From contig CM074819.1 of assembly GCA_037447605.1 (NCBI GenBank), forward strand, positions 248,001 through 312,000: a stretch of DNA of 64,000 bases, written 5' to 3'. A program made the translations under genes and the position numbers. This document shows, one piece after another, positions 11,607 to 24,418 of this stretch (the first letter of the stretch is position 1; every line of letters begins with the position of its first letter). This DNA comes from Zygnema circumcarinatum SAG 698-1b. Its lineage: Eukaryota > Plantae > Zygnematophyceae. The notes beneath the pieces are model-generated. The model saw only the letters and a list, made by a program, of their open reading frames with translations, searched no databases and was not told where the DNA came from.

Positions 11607-13978
11607 CTCTCTTCCATCTCTGCTGCCATCTCTTTCCTCTCCTTCTAGTCTTCTCTCATTGTTGTCGCACCCTCTTCCCCCTGCTGACGCCCTTGTGCGA
11701 TGACTTCACTGAGAGAAACGACGAGTTGGTGGGAGAGAAATCACAAGATAGTGGGAGAGAGAACCAACTGTTGCTTAATTTGCTTCATTCCGAGTCCCTT
11801 TCAGTCTGGGAGGCGCCCGGGCGATCAATCGGAGATATATTTCGGACCATGTCCCGATTAGGATGCGAACCTCCGCTTCTGCCGCTTTCGTCAGCGCGAG
11901 CGCTCTTGGAATGTCGGCAGGGCCCGCCATTGCGGGGCTCATGAATTCACTTGAACTCAAGGTGAGGGGGAAAGAGGGAGAGGAAGAGGGAGAGGGAGAG
12001 GGAGGGGAGGGGGAGGNNNNNNNNNNGAGGGACGAGAGGGGAGGGGTGGGTGGGGGGTGAAGGGGGAAGGAGGGGTGGGGTGGGGTGGGGGAGACGGGAG
12101 ATGGGCAGGGAGGGGAGGGGGTGGGAGGGAGGCGAGGGAAGGGGGGTGGAGGGAGGGGTGGGAGAGAGGGAGGGAGGGAGGGAGGGCGGGCTGGCTTTCG
12201 AGCGGGGTTTGGTAGTAATCCGTAATGAATCAAATTATATTAAGCAGTCGTCCCGTCATTTCCATGTGCAGGTGTTTGGGTTCACAATCAATGCAGTTAC
12301 TTCGCCAGGCTGGCTCATGATGGCTCTGTGGATGCTTTATCTGTTGGGTCTCGTCCTCTTCTTCAAAGAACCCCCCCACAAAGAACTGCCTGCTGTTCCT
12401 CTGAAAAAGTCAAAAAGCAAGAACGCAACTGAACAGATGGAAGATGGCGTTTCCATGCAGCAAGAGTTGGAGCAGCCTTTACTGTTAGCCGCTCCTATGG
12501 TAGGACCACCTCTCTTAACTTGAAACGACAGCTTTTCACTTACATGCGAAGTATAAAATGTCTCAAACCTGGATATAAAATATATATATATAGGTCATAG
12601 TTCTGGAAGTTTTAGCGATCTTAAATGCGGAACAGGTTCGAATGAACCTTTACCTTATCGGTATTAATGTTTGCATGGCCTAATGTACTTCAACTCGAAA
12701 CCAGTTAGTGCCCTAAAACCTGTAAGTATCTGAACTTATGGTGCTCTGTTTTGCTGACAGAATGAGTCCGAACATGACGACGATGATGACGATCGCATCC
12801 GACCGGTCGAAAGTTTGTCTGAACTCGGCCGAGAACTGACTGCGCCCGTTCAGGTCCTCCTTTTCATTTACTTCATGATCAAATTTTCTCAAGAAGTGCT
12901 CGTTTCGGAATCGAGTCTGGTCACCAAGTTCTACTTTGGATGGAACATCAACGATGTGAGTTCCTACGTTCGCAGTTCTCACAGTTAAGAGTTATGTTTG
13001 CAGTCGCAGAAGTAGACTTGAATGTAGTTTTAAACTGTGTTTTGACTGCTTCGCATCGTCAGATCGGGCGGGGTCGAGAGGGTTTCTGTTCAGACCCAAC
13101 CAAAATTTGCCCCCGTTTTCTTTTCAGATTGGAATTTTTTTGGCAGTACTTGGAGCGACTGTGCTGCCTATGAGCGCTTTTGTTGGAAACTATGTGAGCA
13201 ACCTTTTGGAGGATCGGTACGGACCCTATCCTTTACAGAAGGATGCTTTTTTTAAATAATTCAATAATCAGTTACCTACAGCACATCCCTACCATGCACG
13301 CTCATGCGGTAGAGGCACTGCTGGCTCTTCCAGTGGGTCATCATTGCTTATACGTTAGACTTTTGTTCATTTCTTTTCAAGTGTTTGAAGAGATGTGATG
13401 TTTGAAAAGTCTTTTGTTAACAATAAATTGATTCAATTCCAATGATTTGTGCTGCAGGCTTGTCTTAATTTGGACCCAAATATTCACGGGAATTGGGGTG
13501 CTCGGCATTTTGAACTACGGCTCCCTGATTGCGTTCTCCCACACTCAATATGTCTGCGCAGCTATCATTCTCTATGTTGCCGCCAATGTAACTGAAGGTG
13601 ATTTCCACATATTTCAAACACTAAACTTGTAATCTATGTAAATCACAGAACCTTTCAAAAAACCCAAGGGACCTTGAAGTCCATAGAAATCTTAAACTCC
13701 ATGACCATCCTCCTCGTGGAACTCGTTGTGCTGCCGCAGGTGTGAACATGGCCCTCCTCTCGAGAGTGATGTCGCCAGCGCTCGCCCGCGGCACCTTCAA
13801 CTGCGGCCTCCTCTCCACTGAAGCCGGAACCTTCGCGCGTGTTTTGGGAGACAGCCTCATCACTCTCACAGGGAACCTGGGGACCACTGTCATACTGAAC
13901 ATGACCATGCTTCCTGTCCTCGTCGTTGTTGTTATCTCCGTCATCTTGACAAGATGGCACTACTACTCTCTCTACTAA
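9231..13978 (+). CDS. PHT5: SPX-MFS vacuolar phosphate transporter (PHT5/VPT family), 13 exons
   Basis: Exons 9231-9283, 9637-9760, 9971-10107, 10279-10453, 10573-10731, 10872-11048, 11193-11455, 11805-11961, 12272-12499, 12761-12955, 13128-13216, 13458-13597, 13740-13978. SPX motifs [14 protein letters not shown] and [27 protein letters not shown]; MFS motifs [30 protein letters not shown] and [15 protein letters not shown]. Confidence 0.95.
9415..9575 (-). repeat. Degenerate telomere-like (CCCTAA-type) tract in SPX-MFS intron 1
   Basis: CTAACCCTAG, ATCCCTAAC, CCCTAAACCTAAACCTAG and GCCCTAACCTC with 6-bp periodicity. Confidence 0.55.
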
Positions 13979-15757
13979 AGAAGAGAGCTCCCCCTCCCCC
14001 TCTCTCTCTCTCGCTCTCACTCTCTCGGCCTTTCTCTCTCCTTAACTCTTTCTCCTCTGGTAGATTCTTCTCTCTCCACTCTTGCGCACCCCTGGAGTCC
14101 ATGGAAACCCTAATACATAGACCGCCTATATTCCACACAAACCTAGAAATCATGAAGACTCTGGTTCTTGCTTGCTCCTCGCACCGCCCTTACTTTGTCT
14201 CTGTCCTTTGGAGAGCCTTGTTCTCTACCTGCCTCTTTCTCCCCCTCTCAGCATTCTCATTTTGAAGGAGACTCCTCGCTTCCCCCCACACAGTCAACCT
14301 CATTTGTCTCCTCTCTCCTCCTCTCTCTCTTCTCCCTCATTCTTACACAAAGAAACGAGCGAAAGCATGATTGAGAGTTCCTTGTCCTACTCTAGCTTGT
14401 AAGTGTAGTTCATAGACATGATATGGGGCTTTTGGTGTGATTGTCATGAGATACAAAAAGAGAAGGAATAGCTAACGCGGGAACATGGAGATGGAGACAT
14501 TTTTTGCATCCTAAAATTGGGTAAGGATGCTTAATTTTTGAAAGGGAATTTCTTCTTTTGAAAAAACGAAAGGAGAAAGGGAAAAACGAATATAGGCGAC
14601 GCGGCACTAGCGGCGGGGTGCGGCGTCTTGGTGGCGCTTGGGACCTGCAATTGGCTGACCCTGACAAGGACCATGTTGATGTGCAATATATAGACTTTTT
14701 CTTGTCCCCCTTTCTTCCTAATAGAATCCATCGTACAACGAGGATATGTTCGATGCAATATTTAACTGAGTGTTGCTGTTTGTCTCCTCTCCCCTTCCCC
14801 CTCCCCCCCAATTCAACGAGACAGTGAAGCAATCTGCAAAAGCAGAAGAGCACGGCACTCTCCACGCAACAACGCAACAGCTAACGCAGTTTCCATTAAA
14901 CTAGAATATGTGTGGATATTACGACTGAAAACAAGAACAAAACAAGGCAAGACAATCAAAGACGACAAGACAACAAGAAGAAGATCAATCAAATATATTC
15001 ACTACTGTTCGCGGAAAATGGACTTACAATAGCACCCGAACCGTCCCATGTCACCCGCCCCTCCGATTCGCCGCTGTCTGCCTTATAATGTTGCCTGATG
15101 CAAAAAGGAGACATGCGCCGCTGGCAGAAATGCTCGCGCCGAGAATTCTCGCCTTCATCCCACAGCTCTCCATATTCCACACGTGTACCCGACACCCACC
15201 GCCACCCACCGCCACCATAAACTAACAGATGACGACTCCTGTTGTCGACAAAGCATCATTGAAGGAGGAGGCGGAGGCCATGGCTGGCGGGGTGGGAGGG
15301 AGGCCCGGTCAAGGGAGAGAGCTAGAGAAGCTGGGATTAAAGTGTAGAAGGAGCAGCGCTGGAAGGTGGGAAGGTGAAGGGCTCATGCAAACAAATGGAG
15401 ACCGACGGCGATTTTATCGTTTTGGCGGTACATGCAGTTTTGGCGGTACATGCAGTTTTGGCGCGCAGGTCCTTGCAACCGAACGGGCCTTTGAACCCTT
15501 CATGGGGCGGAGAGGCCTACCAGTACCCCCCCCTAATATTTTCGCCATGGTTTCGGCAAATATTGGGCGAAATCTTGGAATTTGAAAATATAAGAAAGTC
15601 CGTGTTAACAATAGGCGGGCGGTATTACAGTGTACTCGCGTTATAGTGACCATATCGGTCGCAACATATTTGTGTCACTATATCCGTTTATATTCGATTG
15701 TCACTTCACGTGTATAGTGATACTGTTATTACAGATGTTTCTCGCTGCAGACGTTTC

Positions 15758-16396
15758 TCCCTTTGTCTCCCTTTCTCTCCCTTTCTCTCTCTCTCTTTAT
15801 CTCCCTTTCTCGCCCTTTCTCTCCCTTTCTCGCCCTTTCTCTCCCTTTCTCGCCCTTTCTCGCCCTTTTTCTCCCTTTCTCTCCTTTTCTCGCCCTTTCT
15901 CTCCCTTCTTCTCCCTCTCTCCCTCTCTCTCTTGCTCGCCCTTTCTCGCCCTTTCTCTCCCTTTCTCGCCCTCTCTCGCCCTTTCTCTCCCTTTCTCGCC
16001 CTATTTCTCCCTTTCTCTCCCTTTCTCGCCCTTTCTCGCCCTTTCTCTCCCTTTCTCGCCCTTTCTCGCCCTTTCTCGCCCTTTCTCGCCCTTTCTCTCC
16101 CTTTCTCTCCCTTTCTCGCCCTTTCTCGCCCTTTCTCGCCCTTTCTCGCCCTTTCTCTCCCTTTCTCTCCCTTTCTCGCCCTTTCTCGCCCTTTCTCGCC
16201 CTTTCTCGCCCTTTCTCGCCCTTTCTCTCCCTTTCTCGCCCTTTCTCGCCCTTTCTCGCCCTTTCTCGCCCTTTCTCGCCCTTTCTCGCCCTTTCTCGCC
16301 CTTTCTCTCCCTTTCTCTCCCTTTCTCGCCCTTTCTCGCCCTTTCTCGCCCTTTCTCGCCCTTTCCCTCCCTTTCTCTCCCTTTCTCTCCCTTTCT
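15758..16396. repeat. 10-bp minisatellite (CTTTCTCGCC / CTTTCTCTCC variants), roughly 60 units
   Basis: Units fill the 10-base print columns exactly; two alternating variants. Confidence 0.95.
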
Positions 16397-16424
16397 AAGA
16401 GGGTCTACCGACGTCCTCGTCTAA

Positions 16425-16560
16425 TAGGGGGTGTCAAACTTAAAAGTTGTTCGTAAGTTTGATACCAGAATGAGTACTCCGGTGACATTGCGATCCCGCC
16501 TCGGCGGAGTACTTCCGAAACTTTCTTGTTCTAACATTTCATTAAGTCTGACACCCCCTA
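16425..16560. mobile_element. 136-bp MITE-like foldback with 18-bp terminal inverted repeats
   Basis: Left end TAGGGGGTGTCAAACTTA, right end TAAGTCTGACACCCCCTA (17/18 match); internal inverted pair GAGTACTCCG / CGGAGTACTT. No clear 8-bp TSD. Confidence 0.7.
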
Positions 16561-16922
16561 ATAAATGTAAACAGAGCTTGGTCTGCTGTTGGAAAGCCAC
16601 ATCTGAACTCGATGAATGGAATAAATGAATGCCACATATGCCCTCCCGATGAATGAGAGAGAAGACGGTACATTGAACTCACGATGAATGGTGGAAAGCA
16701 CGCACTGGTACGAGTTTTTGACGTCGCGGTTTGTGAGTGACTCGCCCTGCAGCAAGAAGAAGATGGACGGAGGGCGACGCGCACCGACGGAGCGAGCGGG
16801 TCGCTGAGGAGAGGAAAGGTCACGCGCGCCGCGCCCGTACGGACTGGTACTGTACGGACAGCAGACCGTACGGAACGGGCCGTAGAGGGGGACGAGGCGA
16901 GGCGAGGCGGGGCGAGGTAGCC

Positions 16923-19510
16923 ATGGCGGGGGGCGACGCCAAGGCGGGGCGCGCGGGGGGGCTGCTCTTCCAGCGCCGCGTCCTCTTCGGCCTCGACTCG
17001 CACGCCGCGCGCAGGTACTCTCTCTCTCTTTCTCTCCCATGCATTCGCGCGGCCTCCCTTCTCCATTCCATTTCTCTGTTTCAGTGATATATCTCCCTCT
17101 CCAAGCTGTTTTTATATTGGATCAATTACGAACGCTCTTCTATTATTATAAGATAACTCTTACCCCTAAATTTTTGCATCCAATGTGCCTGGATCACACA
17201 GCCATCTTAGATCACAGTCGAGAAAAGTCGAGTGTGCGTGCGTGAGTCAATGTGTGGAAGTGGGTCGAAGTGAATTCTTCATGCTTAGAGAGGAGAGAGA
17301 GAGCCTGGAGACTGTTGAAGGGAAGCAAGACGAGATGCAAGAGGAGGAGACATTGGAAGATATGGGGGAGAGGAACTCGAAAAGTGGAGGGAAGGTGGAT
17401 GAGGTAGGAGGGGAATAGGGCAACCGAAAGAGGGAGAGGTAGAGTCAGAGAAGGCTCTGAGCTCCTCTGTTATAGCGGATCCGCCTGTGTGTGTATGGCG
17501 TCTATGGATGAATGTCCCTTGATACCAATTGCCTTTCTGTTCATAGGGGGCTCCATGCAATGTCTGCCTTGCAGGTTCCCTCACACCCGCCTGATTACCG
17601 GAGGAATTGCTGTTATTTTCATCCTCTGTGCAATTTTAATCGTCGTGCGACCTAATGTATGTGTTTCTTCTCACCTAACGTCGGATTTTGATTCTCCTTG
17701 ATGCTCACTTCAGCACTCGACGGAATAAGGATTAAAGGACAGGAAGAGGAAATGCTTTTAGCTTGATCAATTAGCTGTCGTAGGAACCCGTGATAAAGGG
17801 AAAGCACTAGGAATGTGCTTTTCAGATACCACAACTTCTTCATGTTTTTTTTTGTTCATAATTCTTGTCTTTTATAATAGCGTTTGGGGCGCATTTTCCT
17901 GCAGACTTCATAAGACTTTTTCACAGTCCTTCCTTGTAGATTTTTTAAATTTCACTAGACTGCTGTCACGTTTCCACTGAAATGTCCGACCTGCGTACTT
18001 CCTCCCCCCTCCCCCCTCATCCTAAATTATTTGTCTAATTTAAGGGTGTCATAGCTTGGGGATTACGATTGGGCAGTAATCACAAAGATCTACCTGACCT
18101 AGGATTGCCCAATTCAATTACGTTCAGTCTGCTTTCTGCTGGGCAAGGTTGTTCTTCCTGGCTTGTGAAGGAGAGAATGCACAATTTCCCTTAATGTATA
18201 ATGGAAGTCTAAGCTCAAGGAAAGTGAAGTTAAAACCGGAAAGTGTTTCCATTCTTAATGACCTTATGGAAGTCTAAGCTCAAGGAAAGTGAAGTTAAAA
18301 CCGGAAAGTGTTTCCATTCTTAATGACCTTATGGAAGTCTAAGCTCAAGGAAAGTGAAGTTAAAACCGGAAAGTGTTTCCATTCTTAATGATCTTTCTGA
18401 GTCCTGGCCTCCCTCCGTCTCGTCCTCCTTTCAGAAGTTGTTTTCAATCGAGCACGCCACATCATTGCAGTCGGCCTTCAGCCAGTGTTTGCAGGGAGGC
18501 AGCCCCGCCCAGCCGAAGCGATTGATTGGGCCTCTGGATCCCATTTGCATGCGAGCCTCCGAACTGTCTGCTCCGGACGGGACGCTCAAAGTTACACGCA
18601 GCTTTGCGGAGCCGGAAAGGGAAAAGGTGGCATTTCACTTGTTTGTGAGAAACGCACGGAATATATCGGTTTTGTCGGTGGATGCCGTGTTCTATGCTCG
18701 CCTGCTCGGACCAGCGCTAGTGGTAGGCGAACAGCAAGAGGAAGTACAAAACGGCACAGTTACGTTCTTATTCGACGTACCATTTCCGGGGAAGTACAGG
18801 TGAGGAGGGAGAGATACTGACGTTATTTCAGTGCTTTTTTGCTTTTTAACTTTTGTGGAAAGGCGGTGGAGGGGTGAAATCCGTAAACCATTTCCCAGAA
18901 AGAGAGGAGATTGGCACTGTGTTCATCTTGGGTAGTGTGTTCGGCAGGAAAGTAGACGGTTGGCTCTGATCCAGAAACCTGGGGCTATTGCATGGGACAT
19001 GTCTGTATCAGGTTGGATGTATGGCTACTGTATGACAGCTTTGCGCATCAATTGGCAGCCTGGAATTCGGCAGAATTCAATCCCGATGTGAGAAGATTGA
19101 CTCTACCTAATGTCCTCTTCATCAGGGCCTCTAATCGCTGCATACTTGCAACATTGTGATCACTTCCTTTCCATTCCATGCTAGAACGAAAATGAATGGA
19201 AAAAGCAAAATGGGTGGTCCTCTGGGTCCTGTGGCTGTAACCGAGGCACATAGCAATGTTATTCTCCAGATGCGTTCCACGAGGCTGAATGTCATGCAAT
19301 GGCTGCTGCAGGATATCACGGCTTGCCTTACCAATTGCCATAACAGCGGACCATGGAACGTCCCTTTGGGTCCGTCGGAGGACTATGAGGGCTGCATGAA
19401 TGTATGCCGCGAACACTTCGGAGGGCCTCTCCTCGTCGAGCAGAGGAAGTCGCTGGAGGGTCTCGAAGCGGTCGGCGATAGCGACATCCTCAAGGTGATG
19501 TCCTGGTCGC

Positions 19511-19563
<53 letters not shown>

Positions 19564-21429
19564 AATGCCAGTGATGCTGGTGATGTTGATGTTGTGTTCG
19601 GTGCCCTCCAAACCTATTCGCATAGTGCAAGCGCTGGAATGTCAGTGATACAAGCCCGATCCTTGTGAAGGAAGAAAGTATTTACGTACTTTCTCGCATC
19701 AAATCTCACAATTGTTGCTTGTCGAGGTTGCAGCACAACGATGTGTGTGGCGTGGAAGGACATCCCGACCAGAGGGGGTTTTGGGTGAACGCGACCCTTC
19801 TCTGTGGGGACCCAAACGCAGCACTTGGGCTTGATCGCAAATGGCTCAAGTGCCGACAGAGTGTGATGCTCTGCCCAACATCAAGTTACTCCAACAGCAA
19901 AGAACGCCTCTGCAACAAGTGAGCCGTCTGCTTCAAGCTTAGAGTTGTCTTGCTGTCAGAGTATCTCCAGCGTTCATTGCTCCGTACCTCTCCGAATGTA
20001 TCGCAGATTTGTGAACATTGACAGTGTGGGGTAGGTATGAGGTCAGTAGAACTTGGGCAACACTGGATTATGGTTTCGAGGAGCTCCATATATTTGTGAC
20101 TTCTGCAGTGGAAACTTTGAGCTACGTGGGGATTGGGTTTAGCTAGGTTTACCCCGAAGGGTATGAATTGAGCCTTTTATGACTCGCACGTGGTTCTATG
20201 ACCCACATCTTTTCGCTGAAAGCTTTCACTCTCTAAATAGAGGATATGTCGAACGCTTCAACTGGATTTACGGAAATACCTTGACTTGTGTTTTTTTTTT
20301 TTATCAATTTCTGTTTTTTTCCTTCTTCCAACACAGTTCCATTGCCTGGCGGCCTCTCACGTGTCGACATGCATCATGGAGCTCAGGGAAGCTCCCCCAT
20401 GGCGCTGCCGAAGGGGCTCAGCTAAAGCTCCGAAGTCTTCAAGAATCGATCAACTTTTGTGGTGATTCCACAACTGGGGAGCTCCAAAAAATATGGAAGG
20501 ATACGTTTCCTAAACCTAATGGGAAGCAGGTGCGAGTGACCTATTTTTTCTTTCGCACTTTACTTCCTCCCTTGTCCTTGTCCGTATCGCAAGGAAAATG
20601 ACATTGATTTCACTCAAGTACGGTTATTCGAAATCTGCTCACCTTCCTTTCTTTTTCTGGGCAGTACAATCGATCGTGTCTGTCACCAGGCAAAGTGGAA
20701 AACCAGATTTTGTTTATGGGCAGCTGCGGCGATGGGGATTTGAGCACGCCGGCTTTGGCTTCCCAGCAGGTAACTCATCTGCAGCCCCTTTCTCCCATTT
20801 CGTAGTACAAGTGTGACTGTTTCTTCATTAGCTCTTTGGTTGTAATTTGCCTTCGCCCTAATGTTGTATGATGGGGCTTGTCGGGTCGATCAGAAGCACA
20901 AATTGGTGCAGTATTGCGTGGAGAGAATTGCTGAGCTCCCTCAGATTGCCAGATGGAAGATATTGATATGGAAGGCCAACCCTTCCACTCACCCCTACAC
21001 CGGTCCCTCCATTGACTGGAAATTCCATGGCTATCACGGTCAGCGCATGTTTTTGACTGCCAAACTAATTCAAGAGTACAATCGAGAGCTTCTCGAAATT
21101 CTCGAAAGGTTCGCCCACATCCATCTCTGCACCTTTCTTGTTGCTTCCTCTCTCCCCCTCCTTCCTTACTCCTTCCTTTCGCCCCCCCTCTTACCCCCTT
21201 CTGGTTCTGTGGAACTTGCAGAGCTGGGATTCGAGATAAACGATTTTACTTCCTTGATGAGTTTGCGATGACGGAAGCCGCTCGCGGATTCTCTACCGAT
21301 GCGTTGCATTACTTTTACAATGTGAGAGGAGACAACCTTGTTTTCGTTTATTCGGTGATGAATAGTATCGCCACGCTGCTTGTTCGCGCCATGCAGGACG
21401 GATTGCTGGAGGCCCCCATCAGCGCCTAG
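16923..21429 (+). CDS. NXPE/PC-esterase-like type II membrane SGNH-fold protein (putative glycan O-acetyltransferase/esterase), paralogue A
   Basis: Exons 16923-17014, 17575-17656 (TM LITGGIAVIFILCAILIVV), 18435-18799 (DAVFYARLLGP..NGTVTFLFDVPFPGKYR, Ig-like), 19012-19087, 19312-19494, 19734-19918, 20337-20529 (FCGDSTT), 20665-20769, 20894-21108, 21222-21429 (TDALHY). Phase-consistent and colinear with paralogue B. Confidence 0.8.
18201..18390. repeat. 65-bp unit repeated about 3 times, identical copies, in intron 2 of NXPE-like gene A
   Basis: ATGGAAGTCTAAGCTCAAGG... starts at 18201, 18266 and 18331. Confidence 0.9.
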
Positions 21430-22180
21430 CTTCTTGTTTGGAATAGGCTGCGGACAAGGTTGTACCTCGCATTCCGTTAGTCAAACTTCTTCCTGCAGAT
21501 GTGGTCGACCGCAGCAGAGAGAGGCGGCAAACTCATTGGTGACTGAAACTGGTCAAGGATTCTTTTTTGACGACTCACTCGTTCTGGAGATACTAAGGAG
21601 CCTATAAGTGAGGGGAAGAGTTCTTGTTTTAGGACCCCTCGTGTGGTATTCGTTCAGTTCACCACTTCACTCCAGGTAATTTTTTGTTGTAGACAAAAAA
21701 TTGTCAGGTCCAGTACGGCATAGGGAGTCAGGGCATTGGTAGGGTTTCGACATTGATGAAGGTAGTGATCGGTTGTTTCGTATAGTCAGAAAGTAGTCAG
21801 CTATGGTGCAAGTCGTTTCGCTTTTGAGCAGAGTCTGGTGAAAGCTGGTGTGGTCGTGATTACTTTTACAAAGAAGAAATCAACTTTCAATTTCTGTTCT
21901 TTTTTGTTTGGTTATTGCATCTTTATAAAATCCTTTCTTCACATATGTATTCACGAGCATCGACAAATCAAAGCATAAACTTGGAAGTTGACCGCCTCAA
22001 ACAGACAATAGGAGAATGAAAGTATGTTGACATACCGCTGCCAGAAAGATGGGCGACCTTTATCGAAGCTTGGCACAAACTATTAGACATAACAAAAACG
22101 CCACAAATAATGAAACGAATGCCTTCTGCCATGGCGCCTTCGGGGCAGAAATTGGACCTCTCTCGACTGACCCACCCCCG

Positions 22181-22640
22181 GGTCAGTGTTTCCTATACCG
22201 TAGTTGCCTCAGAGGACGCTCTGATTAGAGCTTGGAGACGGCGGCCGAGGCCACCGTAACTTTGCTACTGAGCCGTCCCTCGAGCTGCCGAGCTCTCCTT
22301 CTCGTCCTCCCCACCGCTGTCTGTCGGCAGAAGGCGCCCGCTCGTAAAGGAGGCCTTTGTGAGCGCGTGGCTGCCAGAAGAGCGATTGAAATCCACAAAT
22401 AGGCCGACCACTTCTGGCGGCGGTCTGACAAACGGAAGCCATGGATGTAGGCGAGCACGAGGTACACCAAGCTCTGGACGAGAGTGAAGTACCACGCGTA
22501 CCTGCACGCGCTCCTCGAGTCAGTTCCCGGCGAAGAGCTCGGGTTAGGTTTAGGGTTTGACATGGGAGGAAACAGAGCAGGCGGAAGGCGTGAAGGGAAA
22601 GGGATGGGCTTCACCCGAACTCTAGCTGTTTGAAGACAAA
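22181..22640 (-). pseudogene. Partial duplicate of the UTR2-like gene: exons 3-4 fused by deletion to the last exon
   Basis: High similarity to 27067-27409 and to 24419-24600. Junction CTCGTAAAGGAGGCC near 22345. A 1-nt deletion near 22365 and a lost exon-3 acceptor. Confidence 0.85.
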
Positions 22641-22699
22641 CAGCGTGTGACTTCTGCCGCGCAGTTCATCCCGTTAAGGCACGGAGAAGTGGTTTCTGG

Positions 22700-23750
22700 T
22701 TTCAATGTTATCCAAAAGAGAATTGATTGTCGGAGGAATTGTCGCTTTCTTCATTTTTACAAGTTATTTTGTGATTCAACCTCAGGTATGTGCTTCTTCT
22801 CACCATACCTTGTATTTCGATTCTCCTCCTCGCTCATTTCAGCAATCGACAGGATGAGGGTTAAAAAGGAAAGGACCAGGAAATTCTTTCAGATGGATCA
22901 ATTTTTTTTTGTCGTAGGAACCCGTGGTAAGGGGGGAAGTACTAGGACAGCGCTTTCGATACCATGATACATTTTTGTGCATTTTGTTTCTCATATGTGT
23001 TCACAGTTCTTGTCCTTTACACCAGCGTTTGAGGCGCATTTTCCTTCAGAAGTCATCAAACTTTCCAACGTGTAGACTTCTTAATCTAATGTGGCCGCTG
23101 TCACTTTTCCACTGGAATACCGACCTGCATACTCCCCCCTTCCCTCTCCTCCTTTATCCTAAATTATCTGTCTAATATTGGGATGTCATAGCTTGGGGGT
23201 TACGATTGGGCAGCATTCACAAAGATCCACCTGACCTAGGATTGCCCGATTCAATTACGTGCAGTCTGCTTTCTGCTGAGCAAGGTTGTTAATCCTGGCT
23301 TGTGAAAAAGAGAATGTATGATTTCCCTTGATTTATAATGGAAGACTGAGCTCAAGAACAGTTAAGTTATAGCTGTACAGGAGCGAATAGAACGACTTCT
23401 CAAAGAGCAAGAAAGTAACGAAAACAGCGGACAAGGCAATTCTCTTCGGGAGAAAATTAAAGCCATTGAAAGGCGCTTGCCGGAAGCGGCTTTTTGTGGG
23501 CCTAATCTTGACTTTGAAGGACGAGAAATATTGTTTTTTTTTGGTGGTCATTCTATCAACCTCCTTGAAATCACGTTTGATTCCTAATGATCTTTCTGAC
23601 TCCTGGCCTTCCTCCGTCTCTCCCACTTTCAGATGTTGTTTTCAATCGATCACGCCACATCATTGCAGTCGGCCTTTCGCCAGTGTTTTCATGGAGGCAG
23701 CCCCGCCCAGCCGAAGCGATTGATTGGGCCTTTGGACCCCATTTGCATGC
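22700..23750 (+). pseudogene. Partial, internally deleted duplicate of NXPE-like gene A
   Basis: TM-exon homologue (RELIVGGIVAFFIFTSYFVIQPQ|gt, ~22715-22787); intron similarity to 17660-18200; exon-3 start at 23631. Sequence then jumps from the equivalent of 18552 to the equivalent of 21570 (about 3 kb missing). Confidence 0.85.
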
Positions 23751-24418
23751 ACGACTCATTCGTTCTGAAGATATGGTGGCAGGAGCCTGTAAGTGAGGGG
23801 AAAAGTTCTTGTTTTAGGATCCCTCGTTTGGTATTCGTTCCTCCCCCCTCTCTCTCCCTAATCTCTTTTTCTCTATGACTCTCTCTCCGCCCCTCTCTTT
23901 CTCTGTCTCTCACCTTGCACTCACATTTTTTTTCTAATAAACAGAAATTTGTTGGGTATGTTACAGCATAGGGAGTTAGGGCATAGGTAGGTTTTCGGCA
24001 TTTACCTGAAGGTAATGACCGGTTGTTTCGTATAGTCAGAAAGTAGTCAGCTATGGTGCAAGTCGTTTCGCTTTTGGGCAGCGTCTGGTGAACGCTAGTG
24101 TGGTCATACTTACATTTACAAAGAAAAAATAAACTTACATTTTGTTTGGTTTGGTTATTAAATCTTTATATAACCCTTTCTCCACGTATATTTCGCGAGC
24201 ATCGACAAATTAAACCATAAACTTGAACGTCGATCATCATAAAAAAACGATGGGAGAATGAAAGTATGTTGACATACCGCTGCCAGAAAGATGGGCGACC
24301 TTTATTCGAAGGCACAAACTATTAGACATAACAAAAACGACACAAATAATGAAACGAATGCCTTCTGCCATGTCTCTTTTTGGGCAGAAATTGGACCTTC
24401 CTCGAACTGATCAATCCC

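Noticed and set aside
14410-15230. Possible small minus-strand gene (donor ATT|gtaagt near 15028)
   Set aside because: No ATG-started coherent model and no recognisable protein motif.
15630-16456. Three overlapping 200-260 aa ORFs (SRPFSPFL repeats)
   Set aside because: By-products of a stop-free 10-bp minisatellite, open in all three frames.
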